Of a stretch of DNA of 64,000 nt, positions 26,997-40,011 are shown piece after piece. The DNA is from Mobula hypostoma (Eukaryota), in NCBI RefSeq assembly GCF_963921235.1, contig NC_086097.1:144276001-144340000 (forward strand). Reading direction: 5' to 3'. The translations under genes and the position numbers were made by a program. Under the pieces are notes generated by a model. The model was not told the origin of the DNA. It was given only the letters and a program-made list of their open reading frames with translations, and ran no database searches. Each line of letters opens with the position of its first letter. Position 1 is the stretch's first letter.

Positions 26997-27741
26997 ATAG
27001 GGTTAATGGTAAGGCACTGTGGAGTGCAGTGGAACAGAGGGATCTGGGATTACAGATACAAAATTCCCTAAAAGTGGCGTCACAGGTAGATAGGGTCGTA
27101 AAGAGAGCTTTTGGTACATTGGCCTTTATTAATCGAAGTATTGAGTATAAGAGCTGGAATATTATGATGAGGTTGTATAAGGCATTGGTGAGGCCGAATT
27201 TGGAGTAATGTGTTCAGTTTTGGTCACCAAATTACAGGAAGGATATAAATAAGGTTGAAAGAGTGCAGAGAAGGTTTACAAGGTTGTTGCCGGGACTTGA
27301 GAAACTCAGTTACAGAGAAAGGTTGAATAGGTTAGGACTTTATTCCCTGGAGCTTAGAAGAATGAGGGGAGATTTGATAGAGGTATATAAAATTATGATG
27401 GGTATAGATAGAGTGAATGCAAGCAGGATTTTTCCACTGAGGCAAGGGGAGAAAAAAACCAGAGGACATGGGTTAAGGGTGAGGGGGGAAAAGTTTAAAG
27501 GGAACATTAGGGGGGGCTTCTTCACACAGAGAGTGGTGGGAGTATGGAATGAGCTGCCAGACAAGGTGGTAAATGCAGGTTCTTTTTTAACATTTAAGAA
27601 TAAATTGGACAGACACATGGATGGGAGGTGTATGGAGGGATATGGTCTGTGTGCAGGTCAGTGAGACTAGGCAGAAAATGGTTCGGCACAGCCAAGAAGG
27701 GCCAAAAGGCCTGTTTCTGTGCTGTAGTTTCTATGGTTCTA
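26997..27741 (+). mobile_element. CR1 LINE 3' fragment
   Basis: ORF 27263-27664 QRRFTRLLPGLEKLSYRERLNRLGLYSLE...FFTQRVVGVWNELP; tail tttctatggttcta. Confidence 0.93.
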
Positions 27742-28271
27742 TTTGTGGAATTTTGGTTTATTGTGGAATTGGCAGTACTTTGAGAGCAATATGATCACTA
27801 TACTTATCACTCCATTGTGTATTTATGTGGTTTAATTTGCTTTTGCATTTATTGATAAAATCTTGCACAAAAACTGAGTGTACTTTGGGTGTCACAAGCA
27901 GCTGACAAGGTGCTAAACAATGGAAACTTTTAAATAAATACGTACAATTATTTTAAGAGTGCATGCAAAGCAGGCTGGATTTCCTTAAAGGAGTGCACAA
28001 TATTGTAAGATCTGTGACAAACTTCGGCTATGTTTGTACAACAATGCTCTGGCTATCCTGAGATTCAGCATCACAGTATTCTCTTATTCATTCATTCTTT
28101 GACCCTGATAATCAAGATGTCATATTTACCTCCACACATTAGTGGTATGCTAGGAGATTAGGCTATCATCATTTAAGTTGTGAACCATTGTTGTAATACT
28201 GAGTAGTGTCAAAGGCCATAGGTCTTCAGTGTGACCCAGAAAACTGGAACTCACCCTGCAGAGAGAATCTG

Positions 28272-28813
28272 AATCAAATAGCAAACATCATTCATCAGAA
28301 TCTTGCTTTAAAATACAAACTCAAACAAAATCACACCTTACTAGAAATACAAGCCTGATCCAGTGCTAGAGTCAGAATACCACAAATTATATTATGACAA
28401 TCTGTAACAACCGTCCGGATTTAATAATAAAGGATAAACAAGCAAGAAAAACTTAATTATTAGATATAGTCATTCCAAACACATATTGACTCCTGTAAGC
28501 TATAAGTGAAAAACACCAAAAATATGCTGAATTAAAAGAGAAAATTGGACGACTTTGGAACATGAACAAGGTATACATTGCCCCGAAAGTAATATCTACA
28601 ACTGGTGTCATCCCAAAGACACTACACAATAGAGATACACATTAATATCTATGTAATTCTTCAGAAAGCCACAATACTAAATACCACAAGAAAACAGGTC
28701 GAAAGCTCCTAGAAATTGACAAATGAGTGTGCTTGGCTATGCTCATACCTCAGGTTTTACCAGGTTGAGCTGAGAACAAATAAATAATAATAATAATAAT
28801 AATAAATAAATAA
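28272..28813 (+). mobile_element. R4/Dong-clade non-LTR retrotransposon 3' fragment (restriction-like endonuclease) ending in (TAA)n
   Basis: Decayed frames NQIANIIHQNLALKYK, KYKPDPVLESEYHKLYYD, NNRPDLIIKDKQARKT*LLDIVIPN, EKHQKYAELKEKIGRLWNMNKVYIAPKVISTTGVIPKTL (PD..D..K..KY RLE pattern). TAA-rich tract at 28778-28813. Confidence 0.78.
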
Positions 28814-29034
28814 GCAACAAATGTCAAAAGATGAAGAGTCCTTCAAAGTCCTTCATAGATTGTGGAAACAGTTGAATGATGGGGCATGTGAAGTTGAGTG
28901 AAGTTACCCCTCTCGTTCAACAGCCTGATGGTTGAGGGGGTAATAGCTATTCCCGAACCTGGTGGTGTGAGTTCTAAGGCTCCTGTGCCTTCTTTCTGAT
29001 AGCAGCAGCGAGAAGAGAGCATAATCTGGGTAGT

Positions 29035-29470
29035 AGGGTGAAGTGATTCACCTTGGAAGGTTGAAATTGAAGGCAGAATACATGATTAATAGCAGGATTC
29101 TTAACAGTGTGGAGGAACAGAGGGATATTGAGAACCATGTCCATAGATCCTTGAAGGTTGCAGTGCAAGTTTATCAAGTGCTTAAGATGGTGTATGGTTT
29201 GTTCACCTTCATTAGTCAGGGATTGATTTCAAGAGCCGTGAGATAATGTTTTAGCTCTATTGTGTAAAGTTCTAGTCATCTCATTACATGAAGGATGTAG
29301 AAGCTTTAGAGAGGGCGCAGAGGAGATTTACTAGAATGCTGCCTGAATTAAAGAGCTTATCTTATGAGGATAGGTTAAGCAAGTTAGGGTTTTTCTCATT
29401 AGACTGAAGGGGAATGAAAGGTGACTTTGTAGCAGTGTACAGTATGATAAGAGGCAATGAAACAGTGGAT
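29035..29470 (+). mobile_element. Old CR1 fragment
   Basis: IHLGR...ILNSVEEQRD and decayed QRRFTRMLP motifs. Confidence 0.65.
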
Positions 29471-29474
29471 TAAT

Positions 29475-30650
29475 CATACTAGTGCCCAAGAAGAGTGGGG
29501 AGAGTTTCCTCAATGACTATTGCCCAGTGGCGTTCACATCTACAGTGATGAAGAACTTTGAGAGGTTGGTCATGGCTAGAAGCAACTCCTGACTAAGCAA
29601 GGATCTGGCTCCGCTGCAATTTGCCTGTTGACATAATTAGTCCACGGCAGATGCAGTCTGCTGTTTGTTGAATACAGCTCAGTGTTCAACACCATCATAC
29701 CCTCAGTTCTAATCAAAAAACTCCAAAACCTGAGCTTCTGCACCTCCATCTGCAACTGAATCCTTCACTTCCTCACTGGGAGACTGAGTGTCTGTAAGGA
29801 TCAGAAATAATATCTCCTCCTCACTGACAATCAACACTGGCTACCTCAAGGATGTGTGTTTAGTCCACTACTCTACTTTCTCTACAGCCACAATTATGTG
29901 GCTAGGCACCAGCTCAAATGCCATCTATAAATTTACAGACAACACACCTACTGTTGACAGAATTTCAGATATTGACAAGGAGGTGTACAGGAGTGAGATA
30001 GGTCAGCTGCTTGATCTATCAAACAACCTTGCACCTAACATCAGTAATCTATCAAGGAATTGATTGTGAACTTCAGTAAGGGGAAGTCAAGGGAAAACAT
30101 ACCAGTCCTCATTGAGGGATCAGCAGTGGAAAGTGTGAGCAGTTTCAAGTTCCTGGGTGTCAAGATCTCTGAAGATCTATCCTGGGCCTGACATATTGAC
30201 ACTATTAAAAAGAAGGCACGACAGTGGCTATACCTCATTAGGAGTTTGATTGAAGAGAATTGGTATGGCACCAAAGACACTTGCAAACTTCTACAGATGT
30301 ACTGTGGAGAGCAATCTAACTGGTTGCATCACCATCTGGTATGGAGGGGCCATTGCGCAGGATCGGAAAAAGCTGCAGAAAGTTATATGCTCGGCCAGTT
30401 GCATCATAGGCACTGGCCTCCCCAGCATCCAGCACACTTTCAAAAGGTGATGCCTCAAAAAGGTGGCTTTCATCATTAAGGGCCCCCATCAACTAGGATT
30501 GGTACCATCAAAGAGGAGGAAGAGAAGCCTGAAGACCCACATGCAACATTTCAGAAACAGCTATTTCTCCTCCACCATCAGATTTCTGAATGGACAATGA
30601 ACCCATGCACCCTATTCAGTGTTACTTTTTCCTCTCTTCTGCACTACTTA
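29475..30650 (+). mobile_element. Rex1/Babar-like LINE RT fragment
   Basis: NDYCPVAFTSTVMKNFERLV at about 29510, YKFTDNT (ORF 29788), NFYRCTVESNLTGCITIWYG (ORF 30250). Confidence 0.8.
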
Positions 30651-32641
30651 CCTAACTTTCTATCTTTTAACTCTATCTGGCTGGCTGAAACTCTAGTCAC
30701 CAGAAGGTACTAGCTAATCACAAGGCTCCTGATCACAGTGTGCAGCCAAGATTTGAACAAGGAGGCTGCTGACAGTGAAGGGAACATTGAAAAGTGAGGC
30801 TGGCAAATGTTGTGTGTTATACATCAAAAAGACAGAGCTGATTCTATTGTCAGCGCCTCCTGATCAGTCACCGTACGATGTGCTCCTCACTCTTCTGTGC
30901 GTGAAGAGCAAATGCTGATGGTTGCACACAATGCTGTGGCAGTGCAGGAAACATACATTGCACAACCTGAGAGGCCATGAGGCTTATAGTAGGTGTTGGC
31001 CAAGTATCGGCCTTGCCAAAGTAAATCAGGCACAAAACAGTATACTAAAGACATACACAAGTGTAAGACAAGTTCTATTTTTTTTTACCTAGTTTGGTTG
31101 GGTTCCACTTGGTTTATTAGTTTAGTTCTATTTACATACTATTGTCACATATACCAAGGCTCAGTGCCATCCATATGGATCACTTCATCACATCAGTACC
31201 CACACGGAATGTAGAATAAAATGTTATGGGTACAGAGAAAGTGTAGTGCATGCAGACAACAAGATGCAAGGCCATAGCAAAGTAGATTGTGAGGTCAAAA
31301 GTCCATGCTGTCGTACTAAGGGAACATTCAACTAAGTGAGATACAAGTTGTCTTTGAACCTGGTAGTACATGCTCTCTGGCTTTTGAATCTTCTGCCTGA
31401 TAGAGTGGGGGCAAAGAAAGTGTGCGGTTTCACTCGAGGAGGGGGGCAAGCGGGGTGAGAGAGGAGCTGAACCCCTAAGGCAAGCGTCTTTACTGAACTA
31501 TCTTTTGGTCAGGAGGTGTAGGAGAATTTTCTCCAGTGCCAGGAAGTTACCTCAACTCCCAAAGCAACTGCCTACTCTCCTCTATTCCCTTACCAGTGTC
31601 CTACAATTGGACTTCTCCTAAATTGGCCTTGACACCTTCTGATCCCGTTAGTCTCGGAGCCCTTGCATCCAATAGTGTAGGACTCCTCACCAAATATGAA
31701 TCTGTCACACAAATAAAGTGGTGGATAGGTTATCTATGAAAAAGAAATTGGAATGATGTCTTATATTAAAAACTATAGGACTTTTTGGAAACTTGTACTT
31801 TAGGAATCCTCTACTTCTAAACATTACTTCCACTCTCTCAGGCTCTGAGCTGGTCTTAGATTCATTAAGCCAGAGAGCAGACACAGGCCCTTCTGCCCAT
31901 TATGTGCTCAATTAGCCACCTACACTAATCACTTGCTCTGCGGCTTCCTAAACCTTGGTGATTCAAATGCTCTCTGCAAATATCTAGCTTTGAATCCATT
32001 GGGTTTCATTGTCTCAAGATGGAGTAGTATACAGGAAGCCCACTCACAATCTGTATTCTCCCCACCTTCAATAACTGCTAAAGGAACAATATTCCAGAGC
32101 TAATAAATTTAATTTCAAAAATTGTGTCAACCAGTCAAATAACATGAATAAACCAGCCACGCCTGTAAACTAAGAAACCAACACTAAAAATAAATTAAAC
32201 AGTATAAATAGCTTAGCAGTAAAATATATTTGCAATCTGTCAATATATAGCACACTAATACTAAATTCTATTATATATTTAAAATATTAAAATAAACAAA
32301 TGGGAATTTCTTGATATTGAAGTTCCTATTAAAACTTCATTAACATGTATGAATAGCAGCTGATGATTACAATGTGTGTGACTCTGTGAGTTCATTCAGG
32401 ATTACCACTGTGGATTATTCCAAAGTGGACTCTTTTCTGCATGATGTGCCTTCAAATAATGGTAGGACTGGGCCACACTAGAGATACAACAGTTTATCAA
32501 CTACAATGATTACATGCTGTCATCTAGATTGTCTTACTACTGAAGTACTGATGGAAAATTTCTTACCATATTGTTTTAGGCTTAGAATCAATAATATATT
32601 TACATATAAAATCAATTAATATATGTTAACACATTATTCTC

Positions 32642-32767
32642 TTATTTATTCATTCATTCATTCATTCATTCATTCATTCATTCATTTATTTATTTATTTA
32701 TTTATTTATTTATTCATTCATTCGTTCGTTCGTTCGTTCGTTCGTTCGTTCGTTCGTTCGTTCATTC
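32642..32767. repeat. Compound tetranucleotide microsatellite (TTCA)n(TTTA)n(TTCG)n
   Basis: Read directly from the sequence. Confidence 0.97.
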
Positions 32768-32784
32768 TCATATTACACTCAAAC

Positions 32785-34455
32785 AGGTGACCAAGAAGAA
32801 CATGGTAATCTGCCTCAATGACTATCTTCCAGAAGTGCTTTGAGAGTTTGGTGATGAAACATATGAACTTATGCTGAGGAGTGACTTGGATCTGCTCCGG
32901 TTTGCCTACCGTCACAACAAGTCAACAGCAGATGCAATTTCACTGGCTCTTCTCTCAACCTGGAACATTTGAACAGTGAAAATGTGCATATCAGGATGCT
33001 TTTCATTGCCTCTGCCTTCAGCGTCACTATCCCCTCAAAGCTAATCACTAAGTTCCAAGTTCTAGACCTCAATAAGTCCTTGTGCAAATAGATCCTCGAT
33101 TTTGTCACTTACAGAACCCAGTAAGTTCAGATTGGCAACAATATCTCCTTCACAATCACCATCAGCACAGGTGCACCATGAGGCTGTGTGCTTAGCCCTC
33201 TGTTCTACTCACTTTATACCTAGGCCTGTGAGGCTAAATAGATCTTCAATGCTATATTTATGTTTGCTGATGACACCACTGTTGTTGACTGAATCAAAGG
33301 TGGTGATGAGTCAGCATATAGGAGGAAAATTGAAAGTCTGGTTGAATGGTGCCACACCAATAACCTGTCACTCAACATCAGTAAAACCAAAGAGCCGCGT
33401 AATGACTACACTTGGAGGAAACCGAAAGTCCATGAGCTAGTCCTCATCAGGGAACTGCAGTGGTAAGGGCCAGTAACTTTAAATTTCCATGCGTTATCAT
33501 TTCAAAGGATATGCCTTGGGTCCAGCATGTAAGTGCTATTATAAAGAAGACACGGCAGTGCCTCTACTTTCTTAGAAGTTTGCGAAGATTCGGCTGCACC
33601 TCTTCTAAAACTTTGACAAACTTCGACAGAGGCACAAGGGAGAGTATCCTGACTGGTTGCATCGGGGCTTGGTATCGGAGCTCCAATGCCTTGAAAGGAA
33701 AAGCCTACAAAAAGTAATGGATACAGCCCAGTCCATCACAGGTGAAGCCCTCTGTACTATTGGGCACACCTACACGGAACACTGCCACAAGAAAGCAGTA
33801 TCCATCAATAAAGGCCACCCCCACCCCCAGCATCCAGCCATGCTCTCTTCTCGCTGCTGCCATCAGGAAGGAGGTACAGGAGCTTCAGGACCCACACCAC
33901 CAGGTTCAGGAACAATTATTACCCCTCAAACATTCGGCCCCTGAACCAGAGTGGATAACTTCAGTCACCAAACACTGAAATGATTCCACAAACTATGGTC
34001 TCACTTTCAAAGACTCTACAACTCATATTCTCCATATTTAATACTTACTTATTTATTATTATTGTTTTGTTTTCCTTTTAGTACTTGCATATCGGTTGTT
34101 TCTCAATATGTGTGCAGTTTTTTAGGCTCTTGAGCCAAAGGAAATAACTTCATTCAACTCCATTTGCCCCATCAATGAAATGTTCCTACTGTGAACTCAC
34201 ATTCCAGGACTTGTCAATTCATGTTCTTGATATTTGTTATTTATTTATTAATTATTATTATTACTTACATTTTGTATTTGTACAGTTTGTTATCTTTTGC
34301 ATACTGATTGAACACTCAAGTCGGTGCGGTGTTTCATTGATCCTGTTATGGTTATTATTCTATAGATTTATTAAATATGCCTGCAGGAAAAAGAATCTCA
34401 AGGTTGCATATGGTGATGTATATGTACTTTGATAATACATTCACTTTAAACTTTG
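32785..34455 (+). mobile_element. Rex1/Babar-like LINE (RT and 3' UTR, with a second stacked tail)
   Basis: FADDTTVV at about 33260, RQCLYFLRSLRRFG and ESILTGCIGAWY (ORF 33460); second tail ends gataatacattcactttaaactttga. Confidence 0.8.
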
Positions 34456-34491
34456 AGATGATGCCAAGCTGTTTTATTAACTTATTTTAAT

Positions 34492-34770
34492 ATTTATTTA
34501 TTTGTTTAGTGACACGGCGCGCAGTAAGCTCCTCTGGCTCGTCAATCCACGTTGCCCCAGCAACCCCCAACAAACCCGATTAACCCTCATCTAGTTATGG
34601 GTCGATTTACAATCTACCCGGTACGTCTTTGGACAGCGGGGTAAAACTGCAGCATCTGAGGAAGAACCAGGTCTTCCACAGGGAAGACATACAGACTCCT
34701 TACAGCGTGACACTGGGATTGAATGCCGAACCCAAGGACAGCCCAAACTGTAATTGCGTCATGCTAGCTA
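34492..34770 (-). mobile_element. V-SINE-like element
   Basis: Reverse complement shows the V-domain-like core and an A-rich (ATAA) tail; degenerate. Confidence 0.55.
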
Positions 34771-35459
34771 ATTTTTTTTGGGGGGGGGGCTTGTGGTGAT
34801 GTTTTCTGGGGGCAGAGAGGGGAATTAGGGGTCAGGATAGGGTTTAGAGAGAGTTATGTGAGTGAATTAAAGGAATTAAAGAACAGGCCCTGTGTTAGTT
34901 GTTAACACAAATTGCATATTTCAATGTACACAATAAATAAACCTGAATCTTGAATCTTCCTTTATATTCATTCTTTCATATGAAACAAACGGAAAGTATT
35001 GTGATTCTCAACATCAGTCTTTAAATGAAAATACGTTCACAGTTAACCCACCACGTACATTCCTGGATAGTCATCACTAATCAGCTGGATATCATTTTCA
35101 TTGCTCTGACTGACATTGCTTGTGGCTTTCTGATGCAAAGCTGTAGGAACTTGTCTCTAACCAGAAATTGTCAGTCTGAGTAGACTTCAGTCAAACAAGG
35201 ACTTGGCCCTCTTCTTCAGAGACTTCTAAACAGTTGCCAGTCAAATCCATCACTCCGGACAAGGTTCTGAGCTGTGACCGGAATCTTTTCAGACCTTTCA
35301 CTTCAAACTGGGGAAACTGAACACAACAGCTTTGCTGTACAAATGGCTCTGACAACAATGTTGGTCATACGAATTGAATGGAATCTTTGTGATTAAAGAT
35401 ACGACAAATAAACCAGCACAAAGTTAAATTTTCAGAACAAATAACTTATAACAGGGGTT

Positions 35460-36225
35460 AGAGTCATAGAGTTATCGAAAAGTACAGCAAAGAAGCAGGC
35501 TCTTCAGCCCATCTAGTCTGTGCTGAACCATTTAAACTGCCTGCTCCCTGTTACGTTTGTTCTTACTCAAGAAATATTTAGCATGGGTAAAACGAACACA
35601 TTTTATTATATACAGTAATGGCTCTAGTTCCACACGATTGTGTGTGACCAGCTCATGGCTTCGGCTTGACCGGAGTGTGAGCAACCGGCTCACCAATGTC
35701 ACTTCCAGTTCCGAGTGAACCACCCACGTTGCACACTGAGAACTGAAGTTTTTTTAATCATACTGGAACCATAGCCCTCCATGTCCCTCCCATCCATGTT
35801 CCTATCCAAATTTCTCTTAATCGTTGAAATCGAGGTCTCATGCACCACTTGCACTGGCAGCTCGTTCCACTCTCTCACCACCCTCTGTGAAGTAGTTCCC
35901 TTCATATTCCCCTTCAATTTTTCACCTTTCACCCTTAATGCATGACCTCTAGTTGTAGTCTCACCCAACCTCAGTGGAAAAAAGCCTGCTTGCATTTACC
36001 CTATCTATACCTCTCATAATTTTCTATACCTCTGCTAAATCTCCCCTCAGTCTTCAACGTTCCAAGGAACAAAGTCCTAACCTATTCAATCTTCCCTTAT
36101 AACTCAGGTCCTTCAGACCCGGCAACATCCTTGTAAATTTTCTCTGCACTCTTTCAACCTTGTTTACACCTTTCCCGTAGGTAGGTGACCAGAGCTGTAC
36201 ACAATACTTAAAATTAGGCCTTTTA
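35460..36225 (-). mobile_element. CR1 3' fragment interrupted by a ~200-bp insert
   Basis: ORFs 36054-36287 (RPNFKYCVQLWSP...ERVQRKFTRMLPGL) and 35699-35995. The 3' UTR is split at 35549-35760. Confidence 0.85.
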
Positions 36226-36245
36226 AAGGCTAATAAAAGGACTAA

Positions 36246-36326
36246 CAAAGGTTTCCCAATCTTTTTGATGCCATGGACCACTACCATGAATCAACAGGTC
36301 CATGGACTCCAGACTGGGAGCCCTTT
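36246..36326. mobile_element. Small hAT/Charlie-like MITE
   Basis: Ends caaaggtttcccaatc...gactgggagccctt with an internal inverted pair ccatggacc/ggtccatgg. TSD not convincing. Confidence 0.45.
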
Positions 36327-37691
36327 TCTTATAATATACCGAAGTGCACATCCAAATATGATAAGAAAAAGAAACTCATATCAAACGTGTCAAAATATCA
36401 ATATATAAGCAAAATAAGTGTAATATATAGAGAGTAAAAGATTGCAATATACAAGAAATTTAAATAAAAAAATTTACAGTAAGCTAGTAAAATTTCAACT
36501 TGAAGTAAGTTTTTGAAATTATCAGCGACAAAGAAAGATGTAGTCTTTTTCCCACGGTGGAGGAGTTTAAAAGTAGAGTGCATAGGTTTAGGGTGAAAGA
36601 AGACTAACATAAAGAGGATCTGATGGACAAGAGGACAGTGGATATATGGAACAAGCTGCCAGAAGAGCTGATAGAAGCAGGTACAATTTCAACTTTTAAA
36701 AAATATCATGGAAACCAGCGTGGACTCTGTCTCTACTTGCTGTCACTTTTCTCCCCTCTCCCATTGGCCAAATGATACAAAGGCCTGAAAGCACATACCA
36801 CCAGGCTCAAGAACAACTTCTACCCCACTGTTATAAGAACATTGAATGGTATAAGATAGACTCTTGGCCTTACGTTCTACACCATTATAATCTTGTACCT
36901 TATTGTCTACCCGCTCTGCACTTTCTCTGTAGCAGTTTCACTTAATTTTGCACTGTTATTCTGTTCCTTGTACAACCTGAATGCAATGTGTAGTGAATTG
37001 ACCTGTATGAACACTATGGAAGACGAGCTTTTTACTGTGCCTTGATACACGTGACAATAATAAACAAATACCAATATTAATACAGTTGGCCAGATGCACG
37101 AATAGGGAAGGTTAAAAGAAATATGGGCCAAAATATAGAAAAATAGGACTAGCTCAGATACAGTAGGTGTCTTGGACAGCATGAACAAGTTGGGCCCAAG
37201 AACATGTATGACTCAATGAATTGAAAAGTACTTCTACATACCTATACCTAGAATATGGTTACTACTTAGGAGCTTCCTTGCTATTTTGAAAGGGAAGAAC
37301 ATAGTGAAGGTTCTCTGTGTCTTCCCTGAAGAGCCTCTGTACAAATCTCTACAATGTGGAACCTCATTTCCCACAAATTTCCCACAGGATTGGAGCTAAT
37401 AATCAGAACAACTGCAAACTGTTCAGCCCATGGTGATCAGACTCTAGAACCAAGGTTATTCAAAGCTCAGTAGCTGAGCTGACATGTGTGAGTAATGGTT
37501 GCACTTTCACACACTTAGCTGCCAGTTTCCAAGCCATTGCTGACACGCTTGTTAAAGCATGTGAGAGGATACGCCTTACATCTGCAAGACGAAGATGCTC
37601 CATCAACCTGATGGCAGTATGCATCACAGCCCTCCGGCACTTGAAGTTGCATTAGCAGACATTAGTTTATTGAGAAATAAAGTGACTGAAG

Positions 37692-38030
37692 ATCAAAAGA
37701 TAAAGTTTAGCTTTAATTGACATGTGCACTTTGAAGTATTAAAACATAAAGTGAAATGCATTGTTTTTTGTCTATGATCACCACAGTTAGATGACGGACT
37801 GTGCTGGGGCAGCCAGCAAGTGTCACCAAAATCCAGCACCAACATGGCATAACCACAACTCATTAACCCTAACCATACATCTTTGAAATGTGGGAGGAAA
37901 CTGGAGCCCCAGGAAGATGTCCATGTGGTCACGGGGGAATACGTACAAGCTCCTTACAGACACTGATGGGAATTGAATTCCAATCAGTGATTATTGGTCT
38001 GTAAAGTGATTGTGTTAACCACTACACTAC
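37692..38030 (-). mobile_element. V-SINE-like element
   Basis: gtgggaggaaactggagcccaggaagatgtccatgtggtcacggg is the reverse of the V-domain core; tRNA-like head near 38020. Confidence 0.6.
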
Positions 38031-38039
38031 CATACCTGA

Positions 38040-38470
38040 CACAAAACTAATGGTCTACCACAAAGCAGTGTCTCATGTCCTCCTGTGACCTGGATTACCT
38101 ATGGTTACCATCTCAAGGCAGTGGGAAGATTCCACCATCTCTGTAAAATCCTCTAAATTGACTAGAAGAATAAGCAAACCAACTTCAACGTACTCTCACA
38201 GGGCAACTTCCCCAGCTTTAGACTCAGTCAGTTTCTTCGGTTAAACCCTGTTTATTACATGGCTGATAGTTGACTCCCAAAACAGGCACACCATTCCAGG
38301 CGCTGTCCCAGGAAGAGGAAATGATTCAACAACATGCTTAAAGGCTCTTTTATAAATTTCTACCGTGGGACTGGTGGGTTTGGCTGAATATCACTCAGTG
38401 ATATCCAGGGAGGCATTTACATCTCCAAATCCATGCATTGGGAGCAAATAGACGTCATGAATAAATGACT
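38040..38470 (+). mobile_element. Old RTE (BovB-like) LINE C-terminal remnant
   Basis: Decayed KLMVY..AV, HLKAVGRFH and KQTNFNVLSQGNFPS motifs resemble the RTE RT C-terminus. Confidence 0.5.
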
Positions 38471-40011
38471 CACAAATTACCCATAAACCTAGCACTTTCA
38501 ACCTCTTTTATGAAATAATCCAATGATCCACAATCACCTTAAACTTCCCCTCCTCCCCCTAGATGTTAATCCAAATTTAAGCAGAATAATTTCGTAACAA
38601 TAGAACAACATACACATTTTCCCATCAGATTTAGATGTACATGCAGAACATTCCCAGAACATGCTTTGAATGCAATTTTAAGAGAAGTTATGATAACTTC
38701 TAACAGCAATTTCTGCTAACAGAGATCACAAAGCCGTGCTAATGGATGAGAGGGACTTTGGAGAGCTATAGTCTAGGAGTGAGTTGATGGGATTAGGCAA
38801 AATAACAGTTCAGCATAGACTAGATGGGCCAAAGGGCCTGATTCTATGTTGTAATGTTTTATGACTCTGTAACTGTCAAGAGGTGCTACACAACTAATGA
38901 CTTTTAAAATCCAGTTATACAATATTTTCAGTATATATGAGAGTATTTTCATAGTGCTAAATATTTCATGCCTTTTTTGTTTGTTGAGACAAGGTAAACT
39001 GTAAAAAACACCCTTGCAAGAGGACTGCTAGGATGCTAAAAAAGAGTCTATTGGGCTCTTTTTGGACAAAGATTGGTCTAGGTTTCTTTCCCGGTGTGTG
39101 TGTCCACTATCAAGAGCATTGCTTAAACTGAGTTGGGCATTGAAGAGAACTCGAGCTACAGAAGGGTTTGTGAGCACTGACCCCACCTAAGACAGAAATG
39201 GGTCAGCAATAATCATTGGGCACGAGAAAGCCTGGAGCTCATAGACGCCGGTGGGGTGGTGGTAGAGGCAGATACATTAAAGACATTTAAGACACTCTTA
39301 GATAGGCATATGGATGAAAGAAAAATGGAATGCTAAGAGGGAGCGAAGTGTTAGATTGATCTTGGAAGAGGTTAAAAGGACGGCACTCCACTGTGGGATG
39401 AAGAGCCTGTACTGTGTTGTGGTATTCTATGTTCCAAGACAAATAAACATACTAGCCACAAAATTACAATATGCCAACAAATAAATATACCAGTAACATG
39501 CAACAGATGACCTTTTGATAAGTGAGCACGTAATATGCTAGTTAGATATAATGACAAACTGACCGTAACCAGGATTTCTATGTTAACAGAGATCACAAAA
39601 CTGTGCTAATGAATCATTCCTTCACACACTTTGCTGCTTGCATCTTACTTCAAGATAATCAAGGGAAATCAACTTAGTTGTTGTGAATGGATATATTTAC
39701 AAACTAATCTTGTTTTAAGACCCCTTGAAAATGTTATACTTTGTTCTATGATTCTGGGGAGGACTTAAAGACAAACAAAGCCCTAATCACTGCTTAGCAA
39801 ACTTGCCAGCCCTAAAATAAAACTGTAATTATGTATGTGTAATTTAATTTGCTCAGATAAATATTTCCAAATTTTTAAAAGAAAAAGCTTTCATGATTTT
39901 TCAGCTATCAGCATAACAACTTTGCGTCTTTCAATATTCATTTATCACTTTCGAAAATATTTAAAACGCCAATTAAAATTCTTCATTTTCCATCCTGGCT
40001 TGTTGTTCCTA

